Shown here one piece after another: positions 14,563 to 27,494 of a DNA stretch of 64,000 bases. The notes beneath the pieces were generated by a model. That model did no database searches. It saw only the letters and a program-made list of their open reading frames with translations, and was not told where the DNA came from. Location: positions 10,201-74,200 of the forward strand of contig CAXHJY010001140.1 in NCBI GenBank assembly GCA_964016885.1, in the 5' to 3' direction. The DNA is from Eledone cirrhosa (Eukaryota). How positions within the stretch are numbered: position 1 is the first letter of the stretch; every line of letters begins with the position of its first letter. Made by a program: the position numbers and the translations under genes.

Positions 14563-14994
14563 TGTAACTGTGTCTAACCAGGAATGTGTCCGTTGAACAA
14601 TCAGTGTCTTGAACGCAAAATCATATACAAATGTACTATCGAATCGGGTAGCCAGAAGTGGTACTATGTGGGGTCTACAGCTACCTCCTACAATTCTCGC
14701 CTTTATAGACATCGTTACTCGATAAAACATGAAAACCAGCATTATGTAACAACACTCGCAGACAAGGCTTGGCAGCTGCGCGAAAATAACCAACAATTTA
14801 ACCTAAAATGGGATATAATAGTGTCTGCCCCTGCATATTTCCAAGGACAGGAATTTTCTAAATTGTGTAATATGGATATATTTTGTATTATGAAATCCAA
14901 CATTATTTTATTAAATAACAGAATAGAGCGATCGTTATAGTGTAACCATTGCTTGAAATCTACATTTTCATTTTACAAACGCTACCAGGATTGA
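14563..14994 (+). pseudogene. PLE C-terminal GIY-YIG endonuclease fragment (family B); its pLTR extends to about 15750
   Basis: CNCV*PGMCPLNNQC...IIYKCTI...YYVGSTATSYNSRLYRH...KWDI...LCNMD...LLNNRIERSL*CNH; homologous to 12361-12810. Confidence 0.85.
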
Positions 14995-15749
14995 ACGCCT
15001 GTCTCCACCATCGTTTGATTGTCAAAATACATATTAACATTCTCTATTAGTCTTAATTCTATCAACACTTCTATTCTTTACCATTTAATATAAACTGCTA
15101 TAGATAATATGAGATTTCCTAATTCAATTCCCTAATGCATATACCAGCAGGCTACCAGTATTGTTGTTATACAGTAGCAGTGAAAATCTCTCTCTTCCTT
15201 ACTTGACACTTTACATCTGGGTTAATACTACTACACCAAATGACCAGCCCTGTCCATTGTTCAATTGGTCAAATATAGATTAAAATAGGCACTCCCAAAA
15301 ATTCTTATTTAGATAAAATAAGCCATATACTCATTGTATTCTCATTAAAAACCTTATATATACTTGTTTACAAGCAAATTGATTGCTATCTGTCATATAA
15401 TATCCCTTCTCTTCTTCCTTTCTTACAACTAATATAAATACTTTGAATTTTCGGATTTTTTTCCAATGTATCCAATATCCCAGAAGAGTGACAACTGATT
15501 ATACATTTGCTATCGAATACTTACTAACATTATATGATTACGCAAGCAGCGATACATAGGTAGTCCCTCTGTTACAGAAACATATGTCAATACCTAATAA
15601 ATTCCTTTATAAAAGCACTTTCATTTTATATTCATCTTTTCTACATTTCTCCGGAATATAATTTATACTCGTTGAGCAAACCTACACGCACGCTGTTCAT
15701 CTCTAACGTGACGATATATTATCACTACATTATTGATAACTTGAAATTG

Positions 15750-15799
<50 letters not shown>

Positions 15800-15950
15800 A
15801 GTGTGAGTGTGTGTGTGTATGTGTGTATATATGTGGGTATATGTGTATTTGTGTGTGTATGTATGAGCATGCGTATATATATATATATATATGTATATGT
15901 GTGTTTGTGTGCATATGTGTGTATGTGTGTGTATATATGAATGTATGTGC

Positions 15951-16507
15951 CTCATGGTCGGGTCGTTGGCGACTAAACTGGCAACCCCACCAAGGTTTCT
16001 TGGTGAGGAGGGTGACTTTGGACATCCTGCAGGACTAAAAACAAAACCTGTCAAAGGGCAAAGGAGTTCTTAAAAGTCAATGTCCATCCAAAATCACCGC
16101 GAGAGATGAACCCTTAGCCTTTGTCAAGGCAGAATTCTAGGAGAAGGAAAACTCTGATATAACACCTGCAACCCTTATGGTATCCAATGATATTCACTTG
16201 TTCTGCTTTTTGGTAAATATCATCTTGGTTAAGAGAGTGGGACTGGCTTTGTGCAGTGCCTTTGCTCACTATAAAAGATTCACGGCACACGCATTGCTTT
16301 GTATCTGGAGATCTCTCTGCACTTGTCGTCACATGGTACCATGTGCCCAGCACTATGTGTCAATAATTGTCGCAAATGTAGTGTTTGTACCAGAGTTTTC
16401 AAGTCGCTGGCTGGACTAAAAAGTCACACTCGTTCAGCGCATCGGTAGGGGTTCTCCTACATGGATATAAAGTAGTGGCCGTACTCGAAAACGAGTTGGC
16501 AGCCACC
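15951..16507 (+). mobile_element. Bipartite RTE-derived SINE-like element (5'UTR + last zinc finger + 3' stem-loop)
   Basis: About 16105-16297 aligns to the RTE 5'UTR at about 21365-21573; 16377-16448 encodes CSVCTRVFKSLAGLKSHTRSAHR*, matching the RTE C-terminus RSLAGLKSHIRS; 3' CTCG-AAAA-CGAG hairpin then (TA)n. Confidence 0.8.
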
Positions 16508-16541
<34 letters not shown>

Positions 16542-16577
16542 GTATGTATATATATATACGTATACACATACATATAT

Positions 16578-16617
<40 letters not shown>

Positions 16618-16841
16618 GTATATATTGTTATATTTGGGGAGGGTCATATTTGCGTAATATTGCCAGAATTAATAACAGAACACACTCACTGTTTGGTTGG
16701 TTTTCGCTTCTCGCTGTCTTTTATATATATATATCTGCGATCTAACTTACTCGGTCCTCAATGTTGCCATTGACTGACCGGCGGTCAAAAATAATACAGA
16801 TACAATATAGACAAACACATATATATATAGTTTACATAATT

Positions 16842-16884
16842 TACATAAATCTTTCGTTGCACATCTGCAACATCGTCATATGTA
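16842..16884 (-). ncRNA. Degenerate minimal hammerhead motif (duplicate at 19644-19686)
   Basis: TACAT-ATGACGA-tGTTGCA gatg TGCAAC-GAAA-GAT-TT-ATGTA; C3 is mutated and stem III is weak. Confidence 0.5.
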
Positions 16885-18547
16885 TATATATATGTATATA
16901 TATATGTATATATATATGTATATATGTATATATATATATATGTATATATGTGTGTGTATGTATATATATGTGTGTATATGTGTGTATGTGTGTATATATG
17001 TATATATATGTATATGTGTATATGTGCATGTGTATATATGTATGTATATATGTATGTATGTGTATATATATAAATATGTATGTGTATATATATATATATA
17101 AACACACATATGTATATATATATTTATGTGTGTGTATGTATGTATGTGTGTATGTGTATATGAGGGAGCTTATAGATAGGACAACACACGCTATCTTTTC
17201 GTGGGGTAAGTTTTTCGTGGGGTAATTTTTGTATTCTGAAACATCAAAATACAACAATGTGTTGGTCCCTGGACTCGGGAATGTCACGACAGAAGTTTGT
17301 GGAAGTTACACAAATATTTTAGTATATTTTAGCAGAGCAATCCTTATTTATATTTGATATTTTACATTTACTTACATCTCAATATAACATGGCTAAAATT
17401 CAAATTTTGCAAAGAGAAGAAAACGGTCAAGTGAACTAGATACATCGCACTGTCCCCCGCCACCACAATAACTTCTACACTCTCTCCCCACCATCACATG
17501 TCATTACCCTATCTAGACTAAAGTCATCGACATGTTGTCAAACTCTCTACTCTCTGTTGAATGTGTATATATATATATATATGTATGTATATGTGTGTAT
17601 ATACATCACTCAGTCAAACAACCAGGTTTCAACCCCAACATCTACAACAACAACACTGGCACTAATGTTTACAGCAACAACAGCTTCAGAATGAACTGAA
17701 ATGAACATTTACAACAACAACAGCGGCATCAAAATATTTAAAAAAAAACAAAAAAACCTCAAAATAACAAACACACACGCACGCACACAACACAACAACA
17801 ACATCAACTGCTTTGATTGTCAAAATACATATTAACATTCTCTATTAGTCTTAATTCTATCAACACTTCTATTCTTTACCATTTAATATAAACTGCTATA
17901 GATAATATGAGATTTCCTAATTCAATTCCCTAATGCATATACCAGCAGGCTACCAGTATTGTTGTTATACAGTAGCAGTGAAAATCTCTCTCTTCCTTAC
18001 TTGACACTTTACATCTGGGTTAATACTACTACACCAAATGACCAGCCCTGTCCATTGTTCAATTGGTCAAATATAGATTAAAATAGGCACTCCCAAAAAT
18101 TCTTATTTAGATAAAATAAGCCATATACTCATTGTATTCTCATTAAAAACCTTATATATACTTGTTTACAAGCAAATTGATTGCTATCTGTCATATAATA
18201 TCCCTTCTCTTCTTCCTTTCTTACAACTAATATAAATACTTTGAATTTTCGGATTTTTTTCCAATGTATCCAATATCCCAGAAGAGTGACAACTGATTAT
18301 ACATTTGCTATCGAATACTTACTAACATTATATGATTACGCAAGCAGCGATACATAGGTAGTCCCTCTGTTACAGAAACATATGTCAATACCTAATAAAT
18401 TCCTTTATAAAAGCACTTTCATTTTATATTCATCTTTTCTACATTTCTCCGGAATATAATTTATACTCGTTGAGCAAACCTACACGCACGCTGTTCATCT
18501 CTAACGTGACGATATATTATCACTACATTATTGATAACTTGAAATTG

Positions 18548-18597
<50 letters not shown>

Positions 18598-18748
18598 AGT
18601 GTGAGTGTGTGTGTGTATGTGTGTATATATGTGGGTATATGTGTATTTGTGTGTGTATGTATGAGCATGCGTATATATATATATATATATGTATATGTGT
18701 GTTTGTGTGCATATGTGTGTATGTGTGTGTATATATGAATGTATGTGC

Positions 18749-19305
18749 CTCATGGTCGGGTCGTTGGCGACTAAACTGGCAACCCCACCAAGGTTTCTTG
18801 GTGAGGAGGGTGACTTTGGACATCCTGCAGGACTAAAAACAAAACCTGTCAAAGGGCAAAGGAGTTCTTAAAAGTCAATGTCCATCCAAAATCACCGCGA
18901 GAGATGAACCCTTAGCCTTTGTCAAGGCAGAATTCTAGGAGAAGGAAAACTCTGATATAACACCTGCAACCCTTATGGTATCCAATGATATTCACTTGTT
19001 CTGCTTTTTGGTAAATATCATCTTGGTTAAGAGAGTGGGACTGGCTTTGTGCAGTGCCTTTGCTCACTATAAAAGATTCACGGCACACGCATTGCTTTGT
19101 ATCTGGAGATCTCTCTGCACTTGTCGTCACATGGTACCATGTGCCCAGCACTATGTGTCAATAATTGTCGCAAATGTAGTGTTTGTACCAGAGTTTTCAA
19201 GTCGCTGGCTGGACTAAAAAGTCACACTCGTTCAGCGCATCGGTAGGGGTTCTCCTACATGGATATAAAGTAGTGGCCGTACTCGAAAACGAGTTGGCAG
19301 CCACC
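18749..19305 (+). mobile_element. Duplicate of the bipartite RTE-derived element
   Basis: Copy of 15951-16507 inside the tandem duplication. Confidence 0.8.
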
Positions 19306-19339
<34 letters not shown>

Positions 19340-19375
19340 GTATGTATATATATATACGTATACACATACATATAT

Positions 19376-19419
<44 letters not shown>

Positions 19420-20685
19420 GTATATATTGTTATATTTGGGGAGGGTCATATTTGCGTAATATTGCCAGAATTAATAACAGAACACACTCACTGTTTGGTT
19501 GGTTTTCGCTTCTCGCTGTCTTTTATATATATATATCTGCGATCTAACTTACTCGGTCCTCAATGTTGCCATTGACTGACCGGCGGTCAAAAATAATACA
19601 GATACAATATAGACAAACACATATATATATAGTTTACATAATTTACATAAATCTTTCGTTGCACATCTGCAACATCGTCATATGTATATATATATGTATA
19701 TATATATGTATATATATATGTATATATGTATATATATATATATGTATATATGTGTGTGTATGTATATATATGTGTGTATATGTGTGTATGTGTGTATATA
19801 TGTATATATATGTATATGTGTATATGTGCATGTGTATATATGTATGTATATATGTATGTATGTGTATATATATAAATATGTATGTGTATATATATATATA
19901 TAAACACACATATGTATATATATATTTATGTGTGTGTATGTATGTATGTGTGTATGTGTATATGAGGGAGCTTATAGATAGGACAACACACGCTATCTTT
20001 TCGTGGGGTAAGTTTTTCGTGGGGTAATTTTTGTATTCTGAAACATCAAAATACAACAATGTGTTGGTCCCTGGACTCGGGAATGTCACGACAGAAGTTT
20101 GTGGAAGTTACACAAATATTTTAGTATATTTTAGCAGAGCAATCCTTATTTATATTTGATATTTTACATTTACTTACATCTCAATATAACATGGCTAAAA
20201 TTCAAATTTTGCAAAGAGAAGAAAACGGTCAAGTGAACTAGATACATCGCACTGTCCCCCGCCACCACAATAACTTCTACACTCTCTCCCCACCATCACA
20301 TGTCATTACCCTATCTAGACTAAAGTCATCGACATGTTGTCAAACTCTCTACTCTCTGTTGAATGTGTATATATATATATATATGTATGTATATGTGTGT
20401 ATATACATCACTCAGTCAAACAACCAGGTTTCAACCCCAACATCTACAACAACAACACTGGCACTAATGTTTACAGCAACAACAGCTTCAGAATGAACTG
20501 AAATGAACATTTACAACAACAACAGCGGCATCAAAATATTTAAAAAAAAACAAAAAAACCTCAAAATAACAAACACACACGCACGCACACAACACAACAA
20601 CAACATCAACTGCCACCACCACCACTACTGCCGCCGCCATCACCATCACCAGCGACCAGGCCTTCAGAAAACAACTTTAATAATA

Positions 20686-20869
20686 ATTGTTTCTACTATT
20701 GGCACAAGGCCAGAAATTACCCAGTACATTACTGGTACTTTATTTTATCGACCCCGTAAGGATGAAAGGCAAAGTTAACCTCGGCGGGATTTGAACTCAG
20801 AATAGCAAGGGCCGTAACTCTATGCATCAAAGCATGGCGTCCGACCCTCTACCGATACTGCCAATCCAC
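20686..20869 (-). mobile_element. tRNA-derived SINE
   Basis: Same core as 6962-7147 (TTTTATCGACCCCGTAAGGATGAAAGGCAAAG...TTTGAACTCAG). Confidence 0.85.
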
Positions 20870-20883
20870 AAAGTTTAATAATA

Positions 20884-21030
20884 ATGTTTCTGCTTTTGGC
20901 ACGGATCCAGCGACTGGCCCAGCGCGTCGTTGGTACTCTCTTTTGTTGACTCCGTGGGGATGAAAGGCAAGGTTGACCTCGGCGGAATTTAAGCTCAGAG
21001 CGTGGAGAGCCATAACTCTATGCTGTAAAG
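20884..21030 (-). mobile_element. Diverged tRNA-derived SINE
   Basis: GGATGAAAGGCAAGGTTGACCTCGGCGGAATTT core adjacent to the previous copy. Confidence 0.75.
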
Positions 21031-21135
21031 CAATTGTAATAATACTGGACTGTAGTACGATCGGCTTCAACTATACAAACTCTTGAAAGTCAACAGTTGA
21101 CATAATCTTGTAATCCTGTATCAGTAATGACGGTA

Positions 21136-21171
<36 letters not shown>

Positions 21172-21303
21172 AAGTGAGTAGAGTAGCGTGTGTGTGTTTG
21201 TTTGTATGTATGAGTATTGCTGTGTGCGCGCATATGTATGCGCGTGTGTGTATGTCGTACGTATGTGTCAATAAGTGATTTTTTTTTTTTTTTTTTTTTT
21301 TTT

Positions 21304-21582
21304 GCGCGGGGACATAGAAATAATCGGGCTGAATTCCCGATAGCGCAGTTAAACCACTGGGAGTGAAGAACCCCTAGCCCTTGTCAGGGCATTCTTCTAG
21401 AAGGAATCTCAGGAAACTGGGTTAACTCCGACATAAAACCTGCGGTACAGTAGTTACCGATAATGTTGATCTTTTCTTCTTTTCGGGTTATAGCTACTGT
21501 CGCTCAGAGAGTGGGATTGGCTCAGTGCACAGTCTTTCCTCACTTTAAAAATATTTGTCACGCACAGGCATTGCACGAGTGA
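21304..21582 (+). mobile_element. RTE LINE 5' UTR, separated from its ORF by the Tx1 insertion
   Basis: GAACCCCTAGCCCTTGTCAGGGCA, AACTCCGACATAAAACCTGC and GAGAGTGGGATTGGCT blocks are shared with the RTE-derived element at 15951-16507. Confidence 0.7.
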
Positions 21583-21829
21583 ATTAATAATTATTAATAG
21601 TGTACTATTATTATTATTATTATTGACGAAAGTGGATGTACGTTTTTTGAAGCTCCGTGAGTAAGCAATTTTTTGAGGATTAATTGTGGAGAATTGTTTA
21701 TTTTTTTGTACCGCTGAAGCATTATAAGACATTCATTTGTATCCTGTGAAGGAATAACGCATAATATTTGGGCCTTTTGGCCCAAATATTTGAACTTAAT
21801 TTTGGAAAAATAATAATTTTTTTTCTCAA

Positions 21830-23723
21830 ATGCTAGAGGTGGGTCTGCTGTCGTGCAACGGCGACTTGAGCGTTGAGAAGAGAGGTGGGGCGAGGAGCGC
21901 CACCAGCACGAGTGTGAGCAGCGACAGTGCCAGCACCAACGGGCCGAGCGGCGCGGAAGGTGGTAACAGCGACAACACCAACACCAACAAGCCGAACAGC
22001 GCAGAAGGTGGTAATAGCGAGAGCACCAACAAAACGAACAGCACAGAGAGTAATAGTAGCGACAGCAGCAGCACCAACAAGGCCAACAGCACAGAGGGTA
22101 ACCACGACACAGGGGAGAACAACAACAGCAATAGCAGCAGCAACACCAACAAGAACAACAACAGTGACAACACCAACAAGAACACCTTCGCTGCTGTGGC
22201 AGCGGCTAAAAGGAGACCATGCTACAGCATCGACTTAACCAACAGAGAGGAAAAGTTGGCCCAAGCCTGGAAAATCATAAATCAAGAGCAGACCTGGGCA
22301 AACTTAACTGTCCCGGCAGAAGCCATTGAGGCAGTGGAAAAAAGAACGGTGCATTTCAGATGCATCTCAGTAGAGACAAAGAGGGCAGCGATAATCGCCC
22401 AAGCTGATATAGAAGCCGCACTGAAATACATCAGAGAGGACACAGACTTCATAGAGAGGGGCAGGCAATACGGCACCGTTTCGGTGCTGTTCAAGTCTGA
22501 AGCCCTCGCTGTGAAGCATTCAATGACCCCTTGCAAAACCAGCAAGGTCATAATGTACCCCTCCCACATGGGAAAACGAATAGCACGTGTGCGCATTCCC
22601 AGGATTCCACCAGGACTTGATATGTGGTGGCCCCTGGATTGCGTAATCGTGGAAGGAACGGATACAGTCCCGGTAGAGGCAACGAGAACTGCCAGGGACG
22701 ACTGGTCCGGGGTTGATCTGGAGATACTGCTCCAAATCAGACCCGAAAACGTAAAAGCAATCCCGGACCACATCCGCCTCCAAAACGGGAGGGTGTTGCA
22801 TATAATGACTGAGGGCAAAAGGCCACATTGTTTCCTTTGTGGGGAAACGACACACTTGCGAGCCTTCTGCCCTCAACTGCCGAAAAGCGCAAGGGGTCGA
22901 AAGATTCCACTGCTGGCGACGCCGAGACAAGGACCACCAGCAACACCGTCAACAATGGAACCACCAAAATTGCACACCCAGGGGGGAAACGAGGAAAGCT
23001 CTCCCATTCCCCCTCCCCCCCAAAATACACACACGAACAAGAACATAAACACTCACTCAGACACAAACACGCTCACAGCCACAGACCCCTCATCCTCCAG
23101 CAGTGAAGATGAGGGAAAACCAAAGTCCCCCAAAATACAAAAAACAAAACACAAAAAAAAAAGAAATCCACAAAGCACAAACACCCCCACAAAAAAAATA
23201 CACACACCACCCACACAAACATTTTCCCCACAGCATCACCAACACAACCACCAAAATCCCCCAAACGCAAACAAGCTAAACAGACACAAGAACAAATAGA
23301 CACACAAACATCAGAAACTACAGACACCCACCCACAACAAACGCAGACACAATAGAAACAACACTAACAAAGCTATCACCACCACAATCACACGAACAAA
23401 TAAAACCCGAGCAACAAAACATTAAAAACTTCGTGCTTGCCAGAAGGGCCAACAAGGAATTGATGGCCCATGTAGCACGAAGCACAAACATCGAAAAAGA
23501 GGGGGAAACATTTGAAGCGAGCACATTTCGCGTACCAGATAATTTGCTTCTGATGCGAATGTCGCTCGCTTCATACAAAGAAATTCGAAAGAGCTTTCCT
23601 CGGGATGTGGGAACCCCGAACGTAAAACCCACTTCAAGACTATTAAAGGGGTTCCCAAAAGAAACCCCACAAACCATGGAGGTCGAACCACCCGACCTTC
23701 ACAAGACCCCGGAAGGTAAGTAA
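21830..23723 (+). pseudogene. Tx1 ORF1 (gag-like zinc-knuckle protein), frameshifted near 23150-23330
   Basis: 489-aa ORF with CFLCGETTHLRAFC (CX2CX4HX4C); coding-like continuation in another frame ends at TAA 23723, 29 nt before the ORF2 ATG. Confidence 0.8.
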
Positions 23724-23752
23724 ACCTTTCCTCTCCCATTCATCTTGCCAGC

Positions 23753-26700
23753 ATGGCCATAAGAGTAGGAAGTTTAAATGTTCGTGGCCTGGGGTCGCCC
23801 TGGAAGCAAGGTCACTTGCTCAACGACCTCAGGTCACTAGGAATGGATGTAATTGCCATCAGCGAGACCAGAATTTCCGACACACGCGCACTGGCGCCGA
23901 TTTTCGACGATTATCAGATCTTTGCATATGTTAGTCGGCCGGGAATGGGAGGTGGAGTGGCTGTGCTGTTTAGGAAATGTCTGGATCTCGAGGTAAGGTC
24001 AATCTTCCGGGATCCTGACGGAAAGTTGGTGGTCCTGGACGTGAGCAATAGCGAAGGTGGTGCCTTTAGACTGGTGGCCGTCTACGCCCCTACTGGGGCC
24101 GGTCGGCCGGACTTCTTTAGGCGCCTGGAAAACTTTCTGCTTACGTCTCGCCCTTTACTGTTAATAGGGGATTGGAATGGCATCTTAGAAGCACGCCGGG
24201 ATTGTGTGGGAGTATCTGATAGGAGCGGGGGGTGCAAAAGCCTCAAGTACCTGATCAGCCAGTTTCAACTGTCTGACAGGTACCGACTAGATTTCCCTAA
24301 TGCGCCAGTATGGACCTGGACCAATCGCATAGGGTCATCTAGATCGTACATAGATAGGATTTTCATTAGGAAAAGAGATAGAAATAGTGTAGGATGTCCA
24401 CATTTTAAAACGGTTGCCTATTCAGATCACAAGCTTGTGATCTGTATGGTCGACCTAGATAAGACACGTAGGTTAGGACCTAGCTACTGGAAGCTAAACA
24501 TGTCGTTTCCGGCACGTAAAGCTTACAGGGACCGGGTCAACAACTTAGTTAAGAAAAAGTTGACAGGGGGGGTTGTCAACAACAGGTGGTGGGGGGTTCT
24601 CAAAAGAGAGATTAGAGCAACCTCGATAGGATTTAGCAAATAAGTAGCAATAGAGAAAAATAGAAAGGAGGAGGGGCTGATAGCTAAGTTAGACGAGGCT
24701 ATTTGTAGTGGCATTGCAACAGACGTGCTAGCGGCGAGAATGGCACTAGACCATTTCTTCAATGCGAAACACGAAGGTTGCATTGTCAGAGCTAAGGCGC
24801 GTGTTCTGAGGAACGAGGAAACCAAAGCTGCCCGATGGGCTCGCTTTGCAGAGACGCAGCGTGGAAATAAAACCACAATTCGGTATTTGACGGATCGAGA
24901 TGGACACGAACTGAGCGATTCCAAGCAGATGTGTGAGGCCTTTCGCCAGCACTTTGCTCGATTGTTCGGGAGGATGGGTGAGTCGGAGACGGCGGCGGAC
25001 TTCAGTCCCTACCTCGACGGCTTGCCACGCCTCTCGACGGCCGACGCTGAGCGCTGCGAAGAGCCGATAACATCAGTCGAAATTCAGGACGCCCTTGTCG
25101 GCTGCTCGAGTCGCAAGTCACCCGGTTTGGATGGTCTGCCCTACGAGCTTTACGTAAATATGCCAGACTTGTTCTCCGATCTCCTCGAAGCGCTCTACTG
25201 CAACTGGCAGCAGAACGGGAGCATTCCCAGTTCTGTGAGCCGTGGCGTAGTGACGCTGATAAGGAAAGACGAGAACAAACGGGACACACTAGATAATGTC
25301 AGGCCCATAACCCTGCTCAACACAGAGTTTAAGATTTGGGCCAAGGTGTTAGCGAAAAGGTTGGCGCTTGTCGTCAAAGATTTGGTTGGGGAGGCGCAAA
25401 CTTGCGCAATCCCGACCAGGTCCATACACGACAACCTCCACCTCATGCGATACATCATAGAGAGGGTTGGGTGCAAACCTGGCTTCGGTGGGGATCTGAT
25501 CAATTTAGATCAATCGAAAGCAGTCGATAGGGTCGACCATCGGTACTTGGAGGCTGTCCTCGAGGCGGCTGGCTTCGGCCCCGTCTTCAGAAGCTGGATC
25601 GCTGCAATGTACAGCGGCATCTGCTTGGTTGTCAAAGTTAATGGCCACCTCTCGGAACCGTTTCAGATCTCTCGATCGGTCCGTCAAGGGTGCCCTCTCT
25701 CCTCACTTCTGTACGTATTGACTCTTGAGCCTCTACTGCGGAAGCTGGAGTTGTTGCAGGGCATCCCGCTCGAACCGGGACGTAGAAAGGCTGCGTCCGC
25801 TTATGCGGACGACATCACCGTGATGGTGTCGGACACCTCGGAAATCGAGGTGATCCGCACCCATTTGGAGGAATATGAAAGGTTGACGGGAGCAAAACTT
25901 AACCCAGAAAAGTCGGTGGGCTTGCAGCTCGGCACCTGGAGAGGCAAGTCCATGCCGTCCAACAGCGTCGTTGGGCGCTGGACAGACGGACCGGTAAAGT
26001 TGCTCGGGGTTTGGTTCGGACCAGACCTCCAGATGGATAAGAATTGGGACGAGGTGACGAGCAGGATAGCCAACCTCGCCCAGAAATGGGCTGAGAGAAA
26101 GCTATCACTGAAAGGGCGGGCGGAGGTGGCAAACGCGTACATCGCGTCCGTCATCTACTACCGCCTGACCGTCGTGCCTTGCCCCCGTCCACGCCTCGCC
26201 AATTTGGAACGGCTCCTTTTCAAATTTTTGTGGAGGGGACGGGTCCCGTTGGTGAGGCGGTCCATTTGCTGCCAGCACCCTCTTCGTGGAGGGCTGGGCA
26301 TGCCGTGGCTAATGATGCGCAGACATGCGCTGAGGCTGCGACATCTCCAGATATTTTGCCTAAACGGTGAACAGGTGTGGTCGCCGTTTGTTAGACGGGC
26401 CTTTCCGCAGCTCATCTCTTTGACTGAGCTGCAGTCCTGGGTCAAGAAGAGACCGAGATTGGGCGACTGGCATCTGGAATGTTGCCAGGCGCTCACAGCA
26501 CTCTGCAAGGTGGGCAATGCGGTCAGTGGAACTTCCACTCAAGATTTCTATAGAGGATTAGTGGAGGGCAAGTACGATGACGTACTAGGAGAGGCTCTAG
26601 GCGTCAACGAAGTAGAACTGACCAGTATGTTCCGGAGGACTTTCGAGCCGGGGACGATGGATAACTTCCAGAAATCCCTCGCTTGGCAGTGCTACCGGGG

Positions 26701-27172
26701 GGCGCTGCCGGTTCGGGATAAACTCTACAGGCACGGAAGTGCTGTCAGACGAACCTGCCCGAGATGCGCGCAGAGCGACGAAACCGTTCTGCACGCACTC
26801 GTCCAGTGTCCGTGCATTGCTGACTTGTGGGGTTATGTCGAACAGATATTGTCGCGTGTAGAACGGATCCGGCTATCGTCCGAGTCCATAGTGAAGATTG
26901 ACCCGCCGCCTTCTTTTGGTCAGGAAGGGCAGGCAATTTTCCTCTGCCTGGTGGCAGTAGCGAAAGAGGTTGCATGGTGGACCAGGTTGAAAGGACTGAA
27001 GACAGACACTTTTCTCTTCGGCCAATCCCTCATCAATTTCTTCAAGTTTCACTTGGAAAGGAAGGTGAGGGTGGACAGAGAAGTGCTGCACCCCAGTACA
27101 TTTACTGAAAGGTTGGTGAATGTGGCGAGAATGGCCCGCGTGAGTGGGCCTACTCTGATCATGCGCCTGTAG
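23753..27172 (+). pseudogene. Tx1 ORF2: AP endonuclease - reverse transcriptase - CCHC finger, one in-frame stop at 24641-24643
   Basis: SLNVRGL, ISET, VYAP, GDWN, IDRIF, SDH; KSPGLDG, RPITLLN, VRQGCPLS, YADD; CPRC..ETVLHALVQC. ORFs 23753-24643 and 24725-27172 are in frame. Confidence 0.93.
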
Positions 27173-27422
27173 GCTGGTGAATTCGAGAAGGAGAGGGGTG
27201 CCCTTCCCGGGTGCCCTAGGAGCGTCGGGTGGCTCAGGACTGGTGGGGTGCTTGAGTCAACCCTGGGTGGTGATCCCTCTTATTGGGGAACTTTCATTGT
27301 TGTATTTTTATTGTTATTTTGTTTGTTGTTATTTATACTTACTCGATCTCTATGTAAACCCCCACTGTCCCTGTCTATTGTGTTGTCCCCTCTATGTCGG
27401 CCCTTGTGGCCAATAAATGAAA

Positions 27423-27424
<2 letters not shown>

Positions 27425-27462
<38 letters not shown>

Positions 27463-27473
27463 TATTATTACTA
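27425..27473. repeat. (ATT)n tract at the Tx1 3' junction
   Basis: Direct inspection; a matching (ATT)n lies at 21606-21624. Confidence 0.95.
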
Positions 27474-27494
27474 TTTTTTTTTTTTCAAAATTCA

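Larger units (their letters stand above)
15014..20613. repeat. Near-identical 2.8-kb tandem duplication (15014-17811 / 17812-20613)
   Basis: Identical ORF-track entries offset by 2798-2802 nt; visible differences are confined to (TA)n length. Confidence 0.95.
21625..27424 (+). mobile_element. Apparently full-length Tx1/L1-clade non-LTR retrotransposon
   Basis: Two-ORF layout (zinc-knuckle ORF1; APE-RT-CCHC ORF2), 3' UTR ending AATAAATGAAATC, and (ATT)n on both flanks. Confidence 0.92.

Noticed and set aside
23716-23751. 36-nt mini-intron fusing Tx1 ORF1 and ORF2
   Set aside because: Too short for a typical animal intron, and splicing leaves ORF2 out of frame.
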